Shown piece by piece: positions 1 through 13,057 of a stretch of DNA of 57,188 bases. Source of the DNA: Tubiluchus corallicola (taxonomy: Eukaryota > Animalia > Priapulida). The notes below the pieces were generated by a model. The model was not told the origin of the DNA. It made no database searches and saw only the letters and a list, made by a program, of their open reading frames with translations. A program made the translations under genes and the position numbers. Within the stretch, counting starts at the first letter, position 1. Each line of letters begins with the position of its first letter. The DNA lies in contig JAQGDQ010001179.1 in assembly GCA_030141605.1 (NCBI GenBank), forward strand, positions 1 to 57,188. The letters run 5' to 3'.

Positions 1-2349
1 GTTCCTAAATTGTTTTGTGATGAAGTGATGTTAACTTATATTAATATTAAATTATATAATAAATATTATATTAACTTCTATTTAATTTTTTAATCTTACA
101 GGACAAGAAAAGGGGTACCTGAAGTAGGTTTCGGCAGAAACCCTTAGAAAATTATATAGCTTTAGTGTGCTTTTATGCGTATATCTGTTGAGAGGAATTT
201 TTGTTTGTTTTCATTTTAAATCTCCCGTGATACTGTTCTGGCCATGCCATTACTTGACGTCATATATGCACAATGTAAATCAAAGGAAGAAAAGGAAATG
301 TTAAATTATGTCCCAAAAAACTTTCCATGCAAATCTGTATTACTTAGCATTTCGCTTACTTGCTGGAAACACTTATGTAACTAGAAATAATAATTTAAAA
401 TGTTCGTGCCAATTGGTAAAATCTCGTTGACTCACCTTCCGGGTTGCGCCACACAGTAAGCAAAAATGCATTTTTAATCTTATCGACAAGATAGAGTAAT
501 TTAAAGTTTTACTGGTTAATAACGTGTGCAATTTTCAAACTTGATGCAATGTCGTCTAAGATTGTGTCATACGAGCTAAAATGGCTGCATTTAACGGTCA
601 TAGCGGAAGTTTAAATTTACATTTTTTATACAGGGTTACTACCGACGAGAGCCCTTACTCAATGACTAATCATTAAACTACCATTGTGGCAATTTTCTTA
701 CAATGTTACTGTTAATACAGTCTCTGTTTGCAATCCAAGGCAGAACGTGGATCGTACAAAATTTCAGGACTAATTTTTTTAGCTTTGTGTAAGTAAAAAA
801 ACGTTTTCTTGTCCCTCAAGTAACAACCATTTACCGTCATAACAGTTAGTGGTTGGCATCCTTCTGTCTCGGAAGACAATGGAGTGTGCGCCAAGAGAGT
901 CAGTTATTGATCACATTGATGGAGCTGGAGCGTCGACTGTGGTTGAGCAATCCGATCGTTGAACCACTGGAGTGGCCTTTCCAGGGCGCACGCCTGGGCA
1001 AGGTGTATGGAGATCCTGAGTTGCCCAAGCAACAGGAACCCCCTCTCTTCTTCCCTGGTGTAGTCCAAAGGAAAGCGGAGCGATACATTTGGCACCAGGT
1101 TGGCTGCCGGAGGTCCACCTTTGGGGCTCCACTCCTGATTTGGAAGGTTTATTCCTCTACACACTGATGGTCACGTGACTTCCTCTGCCCTCCAGCCATT
1201 GGCTGCTTGTGCAACTCCTCTGCGTAGTGTCAAGATACAGTGTGGGCATCCTGTTATAACTGTTATTAGCCTGAAAAAATCTGCCGTTATGTTGGAAATT
1301 TAAGAATTGCGTTTAGAAATTTGATATCAGATAAGATGCGGCATGAATTCAGTGGCAAGGAACACAAAAACCAAACAATGAGATTGTCGAGATGAGCACA
1401 AGATGTATTTGGTTTAATTTTCAAATGTGTGCTTGCAAACCAAAACCGTCTGCATGTCGACATAGTTAAAACTACATTATGATGCTTCGAAGTAGAATGT
1501 ATCGATGTTTGGGCAAATAAACAAACACTAAACATATTATCAAATAATCAAAAAAATGTCCAAAAAAATACCAAAGATCTAATTTTATAATGCCTTACCC
1601 ACCTTCCTGTGTAGAAACCAGTACTGCAATTGTAAAAAACTTGAATTTTCAAACTCCGATTGTAGCTCGTGGAAGCTGTCATTTTGCTATAAGTTTTTCC
1701 AGTTTGCCAAGCCCGGATCTTCATCCGGAAGAGCCATCTGCTGGAGTAAAATATAACTTCAATATGTCCTTGCAAAGTCCGTAGCAACTAACATTTGTGC
1801 GTTGCTAAGTGTTTTGCAGAAACACGACAAAAAACAATGGCTAACTTTAACAGTGATTTTCTCAAGGTTATGTTTTTCAGTGCATAGCCTGCCCCTCAAC
1901 TTCAACGTGGATTATCTCAGCTTAGAAATAACATCGAGCGATGAGCATGGTATCAAAATGATCCTCATGAAATGGAGATTCAAGATATGTGAATATCTAG
2001 AAAAGCTTAATTGCTGACTAATGGACGATCTTGCTATGCGAGCACACACATGATGAACCTCATTACAACGCAAGAGGAGAATTGTTACGCAAGCTAAAAA
2101 AATTGTGTCACCCACATGCTGTCTTATTGCTTATAGGGCTTGTATTAGCAGTAATGCTGAACAAAACATGTAAATTTTAACTCCCATGCTGACCGTCAGG
2201 AAAAACCATTTTGATGGTTTCCTCGCATCCAGTGATAACAGTTCATTCTGATGTAATCTGCACATTAAAAACACTGCTGTGAATTACCTGTAGGTTTATT
2301 ATGCAGACAGCTAAGAGATTTTTGATCGGTTAAGCTATTGATTTATCAG

Positions 2350-2625
2350 GACTTGGAGAAAACTATTGGTGGCACGCTTGACCTGTCAAATTGGGCACAG
2401 CTTTACGAAAACATGTCTAAATCGGGCATGCCCATTTCTCCGGAGTCCACGCTCGGAGCAACGCTGAATCTTTCCACTAGATTCACCGATAGATTGGCTG
2501 CAATACGTGACGGCGGTGGAAGATCTGACGGGATAGCAGACGGGACAAAGCCGGAAAAATCCAGACGTCACATCAGCATGGGAACGGTTGCTCGCATTAA
2601 ACTAGCTTTTGCTAAGGAGTCAAAG
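2350..2625 (+). CDS. CFAP43: Probable CFAP43 exon in a poorly conserved insert (DLEKTIGGTLDLSNWAQ...AFAKESK)
   Basis: tttatcAG acceptor at 2349 and AAG|GTtaag donor. 276 nt open, phase 0-0, GC-richer than flanks, and compatible with the next exon. I do not recognise the peptide as conserved, so the assignment is positional. Confidence 0.55.
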
Positions 2626-2656
2626 GTTAAGGCAGAGAAGTTGCTGAGTATTTGAA

Positions 2657-3360
2657 ACTGCACACATGATGTTTGATGTGCATAGGATGTTTTAACACAA
2701 GAACTGATGCCACTGCACGTCTGATGTGATGTGCATAGGATGTTTTAACACATGTACTGATGCCACTGCACGTCTGATGTTTGATGTGCATAATGTTTAA
2801 CACATGAACTGATGCCACTGCACGTCTGATGTTTGATGTGCATAGGATGATTTAACACATGAACTGATGCCACTGCACGTCTGATGTTTGATGTGCATAA
2901 TGTTTAACACATGAACTGATGCCACTGCACGTCTGATGTTTGATGTGCATAGGATGTTTTAACACATGAACTGATGCCGCTGCACGTCTGATGTTTGATA
3001 TGCATAGGATGTTTTAACACATGAACTGTTGCCACTGCACGTCTGATGTTTGATGTGCCTAGGATGTTTTAACACATGAACTGTTGCCACTGCACGTCTG
3101 ATGTTTGATGTGCATGGGATATTTTAGCACATGAACTGATATCACTCCACATATAGTGCTTGACATGCATATGTTTCAGCACATGAACCGATGCCATTGA
3201 ACATGCTGTGGTTGATGCGCATTGTACAGGTTTCAGCACACGAATTAATACTGCACTACGTGTAATGCATGACGTGCATAAGATGTTTTAGCGCATGAAT
3301 TTGTACCGCTGCACACGTAGGATTTGATGTGCTTTGAATATGTTTTTGCACGTGAACTGT
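2657..3360. repeat. ~55-bp tandem repeat, ~9 clean copies then degenerate
   Basis: Unit gtttgatgtgcataggatgttttaacacatgaactgatgccactgcacgtctgat. Confidence 0.92.
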
Positions 3361-4080
3361 CATCATGGCAAGCTTCCATGTTGCTTTACTGAAATGAATT
3401 TACGTTGTTGCTCATTCATGGACCATTATGCACACATTTTACTGCCTTCTGCATTGCGCTTCTAACATTTCACAAGTTCTGATGTCTCAACATGGAGCTC
3501 TTTGAGCTTTGCGTGTACTGTAGCTTTTGCCCTGAAGAGGTCTAGTGTTGTTTGTTCGTCCCGGGAACTAAATATTCCATCCTGCTGTTCACGTCCCTTC
3601 TGAAGTGCACTTCATGCTTGTCGAAATTCTCGACATTGTTCAACATTTCACGAGACTAGCAAATTCGTCCGCATAGTGTTGCATTGTTTTTTACACTGTT
3701 TTGTGTTTTACAGATGTGGCAAGACTTGAACCTAGCTCACTGTCAAAGGCTTAAAATTTAGCAATGAACCGACAGAAATGAATTTGCCCAGTTATGGCAT
3801 TTGTACGAACTCTGTAAACAAGATAACAGTTGGGAAAAACAAAATGCATCAAGAGAATTTTTTCTCGCAATCGTCAGTCCATAAACTGACTAAGCCCAGT
3901 GTTACTTAACTTTTGTCCAGAACCGTAAAATTTCTGCAAACGAACTTTTCACTCGCAGCAATACTGGCCCCACTAATGCATTTTTTTGCTTAGCTGTAGC
4001 TTAGGAATAAAGTTACCGAGCAGCCACTTTTAGCAATGTTGTTGTTTACGTTGATGTTTATTTTTCAGTTTATTTTCTAG

Positions 4081-4254
4081 TTAGATGAAGAAGAACAGAC
4101 CGACCTCGATGAATCGGAGAAACAGGCCATGAAGGGTGGCGCCAACGTATTTGGCAGTTTGTCGTCTCAGTACGGCGGCGGCAACGATCTGCTTTACTCA
4201 CAATTTGTACTAAATACAAAGGAAAGGAAACGTAATCAAATTATAATGCTTCAG
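4081..4254 (+). CDS. CFAP43: CFAP43 exon (LDEEEQTD...GSLSSQYGGGNDLLYSQFVLNTKERKRNQIIMLQ)
   Basis: ttttctAG / CAG|GTacgt, phase 0-0. Matches the remembered CFAP43 motif GSLS...LL.SQ..L...E.K.NQII.L. Confidence 0.88.
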
Positions 4255-4353
4255 GTACGTAGCTTATCGGATAATCCTTTTAATCTGTCTGTTAATCTTT
4301 TATCAACTCTTGTTTAATTGTTTGATCTGCTGTAGCATTTCAGTCAAGGCATT

Positions 4354-4370
4354 TATTATTATTGTTATGG

Positions 4371-4464
<94 letters not shown>

Positions 4465-4631
4465 TGTTGTTATTATTATCATTACTATTATTATTGTTAT
4501 TATCATTATTATTAATATCATTATTGTCATTATCATCACCACCACCACCACCACCACCACCACCACCCCACCACCACCACCACCACCACCACCACCATAC
4601 TATTATTATTATTAATATTATTATTATTATA
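4354..4631. repeat. Compound trinucleotide microsatellite (GTT)n(GCT)n(ATT)n(ACC)n(ATT)n
   Basis: Direct reading. Confidence 0.97.
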
Positions 4632-6106
4632 CATTATTTATTCGTACATAAATGAACATTAACACGACACATGCATGCGCAGTACATTAGTAATGTTTAC
4701 AAGTGTAATTAGTTACATATTTACGATACTTTTCACACAAAATTATACAAGGGAAAGAAACAAAGCAATAAGAAAAGACAGAAATCAAAATCATTAACTT
4801 TAAAAATTATACTTATAAACGCAATAAAATTGTTTGTAAGATCGTTAGGGAACCGCTGTTACTTTCTGCCAATTTTAGTAAAGTTAGTAGTATGAAAAAG
4901 ACTATTGCTCCTATTGTTAAACTGTTTTGCAGTTGAATGTTTTCTTAATTATAGGTTTGGTAAAGTTTCCTGTGTTTGCATCAAATTTTGGTGTCATTTC
5001 AGCTCTTAGATGTTTAATCTTGTGTAATGAGCAGCGCATCTTTACGAGAACCTTACCTATTACGGGAAAATTTATTTTCTAAATTTCTTTTTGTAATGCT
5101 GGAAGATGATTGGTAGATATAGGGTGTATCAAAACAAACAGTGCTATAGAAATATGCTGATCAAATCATAAAGCAATGAGGTTGAGTGTCATATAGCAAG
5201 AGATTATACTGCAATATCTGTAGGAATTTGTGCTGTACTTTGTGTGATGTGATATTAGCATTTTTTTGATTACGTTTTAACCTTACTGTAGTCTGTTTCT
5301 CAGCAAATTAAGTTGGAGATAATTAATTAATTCCTTTAATTCCGTCAGGACAGCATCATTCAAAATAGGTCTTATAAGACCTATGATTTTTCTGCTACTG
5401 TATGAGCGCAGACATAATTAAGTGATGACAAATTAGGTACTGTTCTATTCAGGAGAATCTCGGCTATCCAATCACGCTATTTGTTTAAACATTTATAAGT
5501 GTTTTAATTGGATAAAATTGTGAAAAATAAGCCCTTTTCAGGTGTTCCAATTTAGCTTATTGACTAGCTTAGTCTGGTGTACACTTGCTTGATCGTACAC
5601 ACTATTTTATTGATCACCTGCTTGCTACATCCCAAGCAGTTCAGTGTTCTGCTGCCTTTTCAGGAAGAACCAACTGATCAGTCAAGGACAAATTGAGGTC
5701 GCTTCAACTTCTAACATGAATTTCTCCTTAAAAATAGAGTAGACTTGAGGCCAAAGTATATCAGAGTGTTGTGTCTGGATAGTTGAAATTTTCTGCATTA
5801 GCTGATTTCACACAAGTGATATTGTACATTGTTACAGTGCAAATACTGCAGTTACTGAAAACTTTTTTCAATTTGTTTGCCAAAAATCGATTTTTAATTT
5901 GTCTAAGGTAAGGTTCACACGTAAGATTAAATGATAATTGCCCGTGTGAGGAACCTGCAGAAAATATCCAATATAACGTAATCAGTGCATAGTAAGAGCA
6001 GGTTTTCATGAATCCATGCAAAATGCAGGAAACGCTTATGCACCTGAAGGAGTTAATTAGTTAATTTATTAACCGTGAGTCGTCCGGGTGTTTATTCCTC
6101 TTCTAG

Positions 6107-6313
6107 GACGTGATCCACCGGGTCCAGGAAACTTTCAATAAGAAGTTCGACAAGGTATTTAAGCAGAAGGAGGGCGAGTTCGCCAAGGTTCAGGAGAAGA
6201 ACAAGCGGATACAGAAGATCATGACGGATCTGAAGTACGACGAGACAGTGTGGGTGCCGACGTGGCACACGGATGAGAAACCGGATCAGTTGCTAACAGT
6301 GCTGGACAGCGAG
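6107..6313 (+). CDS. CFAP43: CFAP43 exon (DVIHRVQETFNKKFDKVFKQKEGE...EKPDQLLTVLDSE)
   Basis: ttctAG / GAG|GTaaag, 207 nt, phase 0-0. Matches CFAP43 FN..FD...KQKE.E...EKPE..L.V.D.E. Confidence 0.92.
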
Positions 6314-7209
6314 GTAAAGTTAAGCAGCAGCGAGCTTAGTCAGTAGTCGTTGGGTGCTTTCACGGAAAGAGGAAGGTTGTGCAGATGAATGTGTGTTTTG
6401 GTGAGCCAATAGTGGATGCTGGGATACTGATAATAGTACCACAAATAGTTATACTAGGTAACACAAATATTTTAAATTACTAAGCGCAATGTATAAAAAA
6501 CAGGTACTGTACCTTTCAGTTTAGATGTGTTAGTTTGTGATGAACTACACACATTCGACGGCTCATGCGTGGGCACAGCGGTAAATTTGAAATTTGAATT
6601 TTTATTTTAAAACTTGCCTAGTTTTAATACAACACACTGAATCTCTTACAGTAGCACTGTGCTTCAATTTTCGCTTTCGCAAACACCTGATACACGCTTG
6701 TGGAATATTTTTGCCGTTGAAAATTATGTTAGTTTGTGATGTCATCACTATTTGGGCTTGTCCGCCGTTATCTAAGATTTTTAATCTATTATTTAATTAT
6801 CAGAAACGCTTTTGCAATATTAATCGTGTTAAAATGTGTACTTTTTATCGGATTTGAAGATGGAGTAGTATATGAAAAATCATCCCATCTTCCTTTATGA
6901 ATTTTCTTTTTCCTGTAACTCTTTATGAAAAGTTGCTTGGCTTGTACTTCAAGACTCTTTTTCTTCATCTTTAATCAATCACTGTGCGTGCTTTCGCATT
7001 TTAAACAAAACCTTTTTATATTTGTGAACTAATGAACGTTGGTAACTTCTACCGAATGGAGAATGGCGTGGAAGCGTATCGCAGTTACCATGCAGTGTAA
7101 TAAATATTGTCATATCTCGACTTGTGAGACAAAGGCGGGGAGACTTCGGTCCAAATTTGCCAATTGTCTGTGTTTTTCCGATACTAAGCTAATACAGTAG
7201 GCGGCGTGC

Positions 7210-8073
7210 ATTAGACTCACGGTAATCTAGAATCAATCGCCTAATTGTCTCAAAAATATCTAGTATGGACTGCTCCTGTGCAAAAGTAAATGAAAACTGT
7301 CAGCAGTTGACTCAAATAACTCCACATAATTGACTCTTTATTTTTTCTGCGCATGCTTAAGTAAGATACTTCTGTGTGACCAATGAGCTGTTACTATTTC
7401 TATGTCATCTTATTTCGCCTTTGTGCACTATAATATACATACTTGCTGACATGCAAGCTACACACATGTCGTTACATGCTGCCGTGGATGTAAACAAAGT
7501 GACGGCCTGCCAACTTGCGGTCAACTTGCGAAACAACGGACTCTGTCCGTAGTATGCCGGACTTTATACACACCAGATTTCCTTTGAATTCTCCGATATC
7601 CGTAAAAGCGAGGTCCGGCAAACCGAGTGTAGAGTTAAAACAACACAACATTGTTGAAACTTTTAATTTGCTTAGCTTAAGTTACATAGCTTTAATAAAG
7701 TTTTGTTGTTCTAACTTTAAATAACACTCATGCCTCCCACATATTCCACAAAATAACAGCAATAACAATAGCATCTTGCGCAACGTTGAAACCGTGTGAA
7801 ATGAAAAAAACCTTTCCAATATTGATCAGTAATGCGCGAATTTTCACCGTTATCTCTGCTTCTGAAATGATGTTGCTTAATAACGTGTGAATGTTCTATC
7901 ATAGTCTTTGCTTATTGCTCCACGAATTCGTTTTGGTTTCAAAAATTTTTCTAAATTGAGATTCGGATTCGATCTGGTTTCAAAAATTACGTTAAACTGA
8001 GACTTGGATTTGATCTGCATTCGAAAATTATTATAAAGTGGATTCGATAATTTCAGATTCGTGAGTTCTCTAG
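7210..8073. mobile_element. Dispersed repeat family, possibly a non-autonomous DNA transposon; partial copies at 9061-9151 and 15248-15535
   Basis: Three copies begin at the same attagact(c/t)...tagaatcaatcg boundary. The 7960-8073 end has gattc subterminal repeats and cgtgagttctcta, loosely inverse to the start. Right boundary uncertain. Confidence 0.55.
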
Positions 8074-8203
8074 TAGCTTATATGCAGGGAAGTATTTTAT
8101 AACACACCGCAAGCAGTTACCGAGCTCTGCTTTTATATAAGTGTGTATATAGCAGTTGCATTAGTAATTTTTTGTGTAGTTATTATGTATGCATTTTATG
8201 TAG

Positions 8204-8284
8204 ATACAAGCGGAGAAGTATTTCGGTGTCGATGACGACTCCGGCATCGACAAAAAGAGCAGCTTGGAGAAGCGACAGGATCAG
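8204..8284 (+). CDS. CFAP43: CFAP43 exon (IQAEKYFGVDDDSGIDKKSSLEKRQDQ)
   Basis: ttttatgtAG / CAG|GTaaat, 81 nt, phase 0-0. Fills the expected gap between neighbouring exons. Confidence 0.8.
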
Positions 8285-8620
8285 GTAAATGTAGTAAACA
8301 TCATGATACTGTTTTACATTTGTGTTTGCATAAACTACATCTTACATGTCGTGCCGTAACAGGAACTTTGACAATTAATTCCCGAGGAATCATTTTATGA
8401 CTCCGCTATGTTGTTCCTTTGCTCATTACCGAGGATGACCATGGGCACAGTATACTAGGTATGCCTAAAGTCTTTTTGTATCAGACTTAATGTATATATT
8501 TAATGTAATCACATCGTAATTTAGTCATATTGTAATTTCTTTTCTCTTTACTAAAAGATAGAACTAAAACGAAGGTCTCTCATAATAGACCAGTAAACCA
8601 TTATTGGTAAACATGTACTA

Positions 8621-9023
8621 CCGTATTTGCCATGTATAAGAGACCCTTTTTTGCTCAGAATTTTCACTTTAAAAATAGGGGGTCTCTTATACATGGAAGT
8701 ATACAGCTGGGTCCTCAAGGCATGGAATGGTGTAAAGCCAGAGGTCATTATTAAATCTTTCAAGAAGTGTGGCATCTTCAATGCCATGGACGGCACAGAG
8801 GACAATGCCATTTTTGAGCAGAGTGACTCCTCTGATGATGAACTGGCTGGAATTGCTGAAGGTCTGACTCCAGTTGATATTTTTGATGAGAGTGATGAGG
8901 AATTTAATGATTTCTATGATGAATAAAGTTATTCATTACCAAAAAACTTTTTTCCAGAATTTTTGCCTAAAAATTGAAGGGGTCTCTTATACACAAGGGT
9001 CTCTTATACATGGGAAAATACGG
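8621..9023 (+). mobile_element. Internally deleted pogo/Tigger-type (Tc1/mariner superfamily) DNA transposon
   Basis: TA TSD and TIRs CCGTATTTGCCATGTATAAGAGACCC / GGGTCTCTTATACATGGGAAAATACGG. Retains a POGK-like transposase C-terminus WVLKAW...IIKSFKKCGIFNAMDGTED followed by an acidic tail. Confidence 0.9.
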
Positions 9024-9235
9024 TAAATACTCTTGTTTCATCGTCATTGTTATCATATGTATTAGACTCACGGTAACGTAGAATCAATCGCCTACTTGTC
9101 TCAAAAACGTCTAGCACGGGCCACTTCTATGCAAAAGTATATAAGAACTGTCTGTAATTATTATACTCACGATAATGTATGTGTATCTCGAGGTATCACA
9201 GTATTCGAATATGTAAACGTGGTTCGCGTTTTCAG

Positions 9236-9319
9236 GAATTGTTGTCTGTTCGACAGAAAGCTTTGGATGACATGATGGGAGGTGTTCTCGAGTTGACAAT
9301 AGAAGATGAATTGAAAAAG
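9236..9319 (+). CDS. CFAP43: CFAP43 exon (ELLSVRQKALDDMMGGVLELTIEDELKK)
   Basis: ttttcAG / AAG|GTctgt. Contains the diagnostic AL.DMMGGVLE motif. Confidence 0.93.
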
Positions 9320-9519
9320 GTCTGTAGTTCTCTCGTTCAATCATTGGATAACAAAGGCAGAGACGTCTCTTTTTAATTGTATAATTTCTATTTGAGGTCT
9401 TTTCGTAGACGTGCCATATTTGTCGCAAAAAGTTGTCTTTGCCCGGCTACTGTACATGAAAGTTTTTCCTTTATTTGAGCCCTTTTATCCAAGATTTTCA
9501 GTAATTTTAAACATCTAGG

Positions 9520-11050
9520 AAAAATGGAAAAATAAATTGGGTAAACAGTACTCAAACCTTTGAAACATACTATGGAAAATTGCCGAAATTTTCCACTATG
9601 AAGTTTCAACAGGAGACATGAAAAATAAATTGTGTAAATAGTACTAAAACTTTTGAAAGATACTATGGAAATTTGTCACTATAAAATTTCATTGGGAGAA
9701 ACGAAAATAAATTGGGTAAATAGTGCTAAAGCCTTTGAAAGACCCTACAGAAAATTGCTGGAATTTTCCATGATAAAATTTCAACGAGAGAAACGAAAAA
9801 TAAATTGTACTAAAGCCTTTGAAAGACACTACAGAAAATTGTGCAAATTTACCAGTATGAAATTTCCACAGGAGAAGCGAAAAAATACATTGGGTAAATA
9901 GTACTAAAACTTTGAAAGATACTACGAAAAATTGTGTGGAAATTTTCCACTATGAAATTTCAACTTGAGAAACGAAAAATAAACTGGATAAATAGTACTA
10001 AAAACTTCAAAAGACACTACTCAAAATTGTGGAAATTTACCACTACGAAATTTCATCGGGAGAAATGAAAAATAAATTGTGTAAATTGTACTAAAACCTT
10101 CAAAAGACACTACGGAAAATTGTCGAAATTTTCCACTATGAAATTTCAACCGGAGAAACGAAAAATAGATTGTGTAAATAGTACTAAAACTTTTGAAAGA
10201 CACTATGGAAATTTGCCACTACAAAATTTCATTGGGAGAAACAAAAATAAATTCGGTAAATAGTACTAAAACCTTTGAAAGATACTAAGATACTACGGAA
10301 ATTGTGTGGAAATTTTCCACTAAGAAATTTCAATGGGAGAAACAAAAAATAAACTGGGTAAATAGTACTAAAACCTTCAAAAGATACTGCAGAAAATTGT
10401 GGAAATTTTCCACTATGAAATTTCCACGGGAGAAATAGAAAATAGATTGTGTAAATAGTACTAAAACTTTTGAAAGACACTATGGAAATTTGCCACTACA
10501 AAATTTCATTGGGAAAAACGAAAATAAATTGGGTAAATAGTGCTAAAACCTTTGAAAGATACTACGAAAAATTGTGTGGAAATTTTCCACTATGAAATTT
10601 CAACTTGAGAAACGAAAAATAAACTGGGTAAATAGTACTAAAAACTTCAAAAGATACTACTCAAAATTGTGGAAATTTTCCACTATGAAATTTCAACGGG
10701 AGAAACGAAAAATAGATTGTGTAAATAGTACTAAAACTTTTGAAAGACACTATGGAAATTTGCCACTACAAAATTTCATTGGGAGAAACAAAAATAAATT
10801 CGGTAAATAGTACTAAAACCTTTGAAAGATACTAAGATACTACGGAAATTGTGTGGAAATTTTCCACTAAGAAATTTCAATGGGAGAAACAAAAAATAAA
10901 CTGGGTAAATAGTACTAAAACCTTCAAAAGATACTGCAGAAAATTGTGGAAATTTTCCACTATGAAATTTCCACGGGAGAAATAGAAAATAGATTGTGTA
11001 AATAGTACTGAAACGTTCAAAATTTGCTGAAATTTTCCACTAGGAAATTT
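9520..11050. repeat. ~80-95-bp satellite with ~547-bp higher-order duplication
   Basis: Recurrent taaatagtactaaaac...gaaattttccactatgaaatttc. The diagnostic gatactaagatactacgg occurs at 10281 and 10828. Confidence 0.9.
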
Positions 11051-11143
11051 TAATAAGTAGGTGAAGGTGAAGCAAAAGTGCTGTTATATGTAGCTATTGG
11101 TAACAGTCCTGGTTGATTCTTTAAAGTCGGTGATTTGTTGCAG

Positions 11144-11230
11144 GGTGTAGCCGTTCCGCCGTGCATGTCTAAACCTCCGGAGGAGTGGAACGAGGAGGAA
11201 ATCAAGCAGGTTGCCGAGTACGAGCACAAG
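11144..11230 (+). CDS. CFAP43: CFAP43 exon (GVAVPPCMSKPPEEWNEEEIKQVAEYEHK)
   Basis: ttgttgcAG / AAG|GTggag. Matches P..M.KP...W.EEE.KQ...YE.K. Confidence 0.9.
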
Positions 11231-11387
11231 GTGGAGTGACTGTTAAACGCCCTTGTAGTCTCAAGATAATTATTTTCAGTTTTTGCTTCCATAACAAATA
11301 AAAATGACAACATTCTTTTGAGACTACAAGGGCATTCAGACGTCATTATCGGATTTTCAGCTGTCATGACAAGAACTGAGTTTAAGC

Positions 11388-11853
11388 AGTTTGTTGCGGT
11401 TGTGACTAGGTTGTTGTTTGTTGTAGTCGTGAATAGGTTTTTGTTTGTTGTAGTGGTGAGTAGGTTGTCATTTGTTGTAGTTGTGACTAAATTGCTGTTT
11501 GTTTGCAGTCGTGACTAGGTTGTCGTTTGTTGTAGTCGTGACTAGGTTGTTATTTGTTGTAGTTGTGACTAGGTTGTTGTTTGTTTGCAGTCATGACTAG
11601 GTTGTTGTTTGTTTGCAGTCGTGACTAGGTTGTCATTTGTTGTAGTCGTGACTAGGTTGTTGTTTGTTGTAGTCGTGACTAGGTTGTTGTTTGTTGTAGT
11701 TGTGACTAGGTTGTTGTTTGTTTGCAGTCATGACTAGGTTGTTGTTTGTTTGCAGTCGTGACTAGGTTGTTGTTTGTTGCAGTCGTGACTAGGTTGCTGT
11801 TTGTTGTAATCGTGAATAGGTTGTCGTTTGTTGTAGTCGTGACTAAGTTGTTA
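11388..11853. repeat. 27-28-bp minisatellite
   Basis: Unit gtcgtgactaggttgttgtttgttgta. Confidence 0.93.
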
Positions 11854-12166
11854 TTAAAGGAAAGAACAAGTCATTATGTTTCAAATTTAAAAAAAACGCT
11901 TTTATATGATTGTTTCAAGTAAGTATATGAACGTACAAATTATTTTATAAAATTCCAGGCCGTGTGCGACAGAAATGTTTTTATTGTCGGTCTCAATTAT
12001 AATGTATCGTATGAAACACAACTTGTCACACCCTTCAATCCTTGTTCTTGTGTTTAAATTTGTGTTTTAAAACCGTTCAAAAATACTGTTACATTAATCG
12101 GGTTAAGTGTTGCTTAACTTCGATTGCTAAGCAAGCACGTTGTGCCCATCTTTGTGATTTTTGAAG

Positions 12167-12325
12167 GTTAAAGAGTTGGAAGAGGACCGGGCAAAGTACA
12201 GGAAGTTCCTAGAAACGGATCTCCGGAAGCTGCAGTCAAACATACAGGATGATTTGCAAGTGTTTGATGACGTCCTGCAGAATCTGTTCCAGGTTAAGAT
12301 GAAAACGGATACGGTTATTTACCAG
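12167..12325 (+). CDS. CFAP43: CFAP43 exon (VKELEEDRAKYRKFLETDLRKLQ...KTDTVIYQ)
   Basis: tttttgaAG / CAG|GTaata, 159 nt, phase 0-0. Confidence 0.92.
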
Positions 12326-12554
12326 GTAATATGATTATGGTTTTACGATATGATTATATATTATGTGGCTCTTTATTTAGTAATTCATGTCTGCTGCTTC
12401 AAGTTCATCAGATTCATTACTAACTGTAGTGGTGACCATATTTACAATATGCCACTATCACTTTGATACCTAAGTAGTTTTATCACTGTTTGATTGGTCG
12501 AACTAGGTATCGGTTATTTATCAATTAACGATTTTTTTGTATTTTTGTGTTTAG

Positions 12555-12662
12555 GAGGAGCTAAACATTCTCAAACTGTCGTACAGCATTTTGGTAGAGG
12601 AACATTTACTGAATTGGGAGGCAGAGTTGTTGAGGGTCCTGCAAGAAAAGAAGAATCAAAAG
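12555..12662 (+). CDS. CFAP43: CFAP43 exon (EELNILKLSYSILVEEHLLNWEAELLRVLQEKKNQK)
   Basis: gtgtttAG / AAG|GTacgc, 108 nt, phase 0-0. Confidence 0.9.
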
Positions 12663-12682
12663 GTACGCAGGACGACTCTGCC

Positions 12683-13000
12683 GACATTCGCATCATTGCA
12701 TTAGTGTTCATGAACGAATGCATTGTCATTCGCGGCATTGCATTAGTGCTCAGAAATGAACGTGTTGATTTTTACGGCATAGCATTAGTGCTCAGAACAA
12801 AATTGTTGACATTCATGGCATTGCATTATTGTTGATAGATTAATGCGTTGACATTCACGGCATTGTATTAGTGCTAATGAATGAACGTGTTGACATTCAT
12901 GGCATTGTATTAGTGCTAATAAATGAACTTGTATACATTCACGACAATGTTGTTGTAGATGAATTTACTGACATTCAAGCTGTTGCGTTAGTCATTGAAT
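12683..13000. repeat. Degenerate ~41-bp tandem repeat
   Basis: Unit ~ttgacattcatggcattgcattagtgctcagaaatgaacgtg. Confidence 0.8.
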
Positions 13001-13057
13001 ATTATTGCTGATTGGTACTACTTAGATTAGTGCACTGGATGGTTCATAACACTGAAA

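Noticed and set aside
102-123. Possible CFAP43 micro-exon after a strong acceptor (tcttacAG at 101)
   Set aside because: No unambiguous donor or frame, and no recognisable peptide.
850-2115. Overlapping short ORFs and a CYASTHMMNLI string resembling the hAT C..H..NL motif
   Set aside because: Multiple stops, and no other transposase motifs or TIRs I could confirm. Possibly decayed transposon; needs tBLASTx.
4303-4655. Homopolymeric ORFs (poly-V/L/T/P/H)
   Set aside because: Translations of trinucleotide microsatellites.
6723-6850. Similarity to 35458-35575 (inverted) and 50555-50671
   Set aside because: Ordinary fragment of a dispersed repeat; no boundaries or function discernible.
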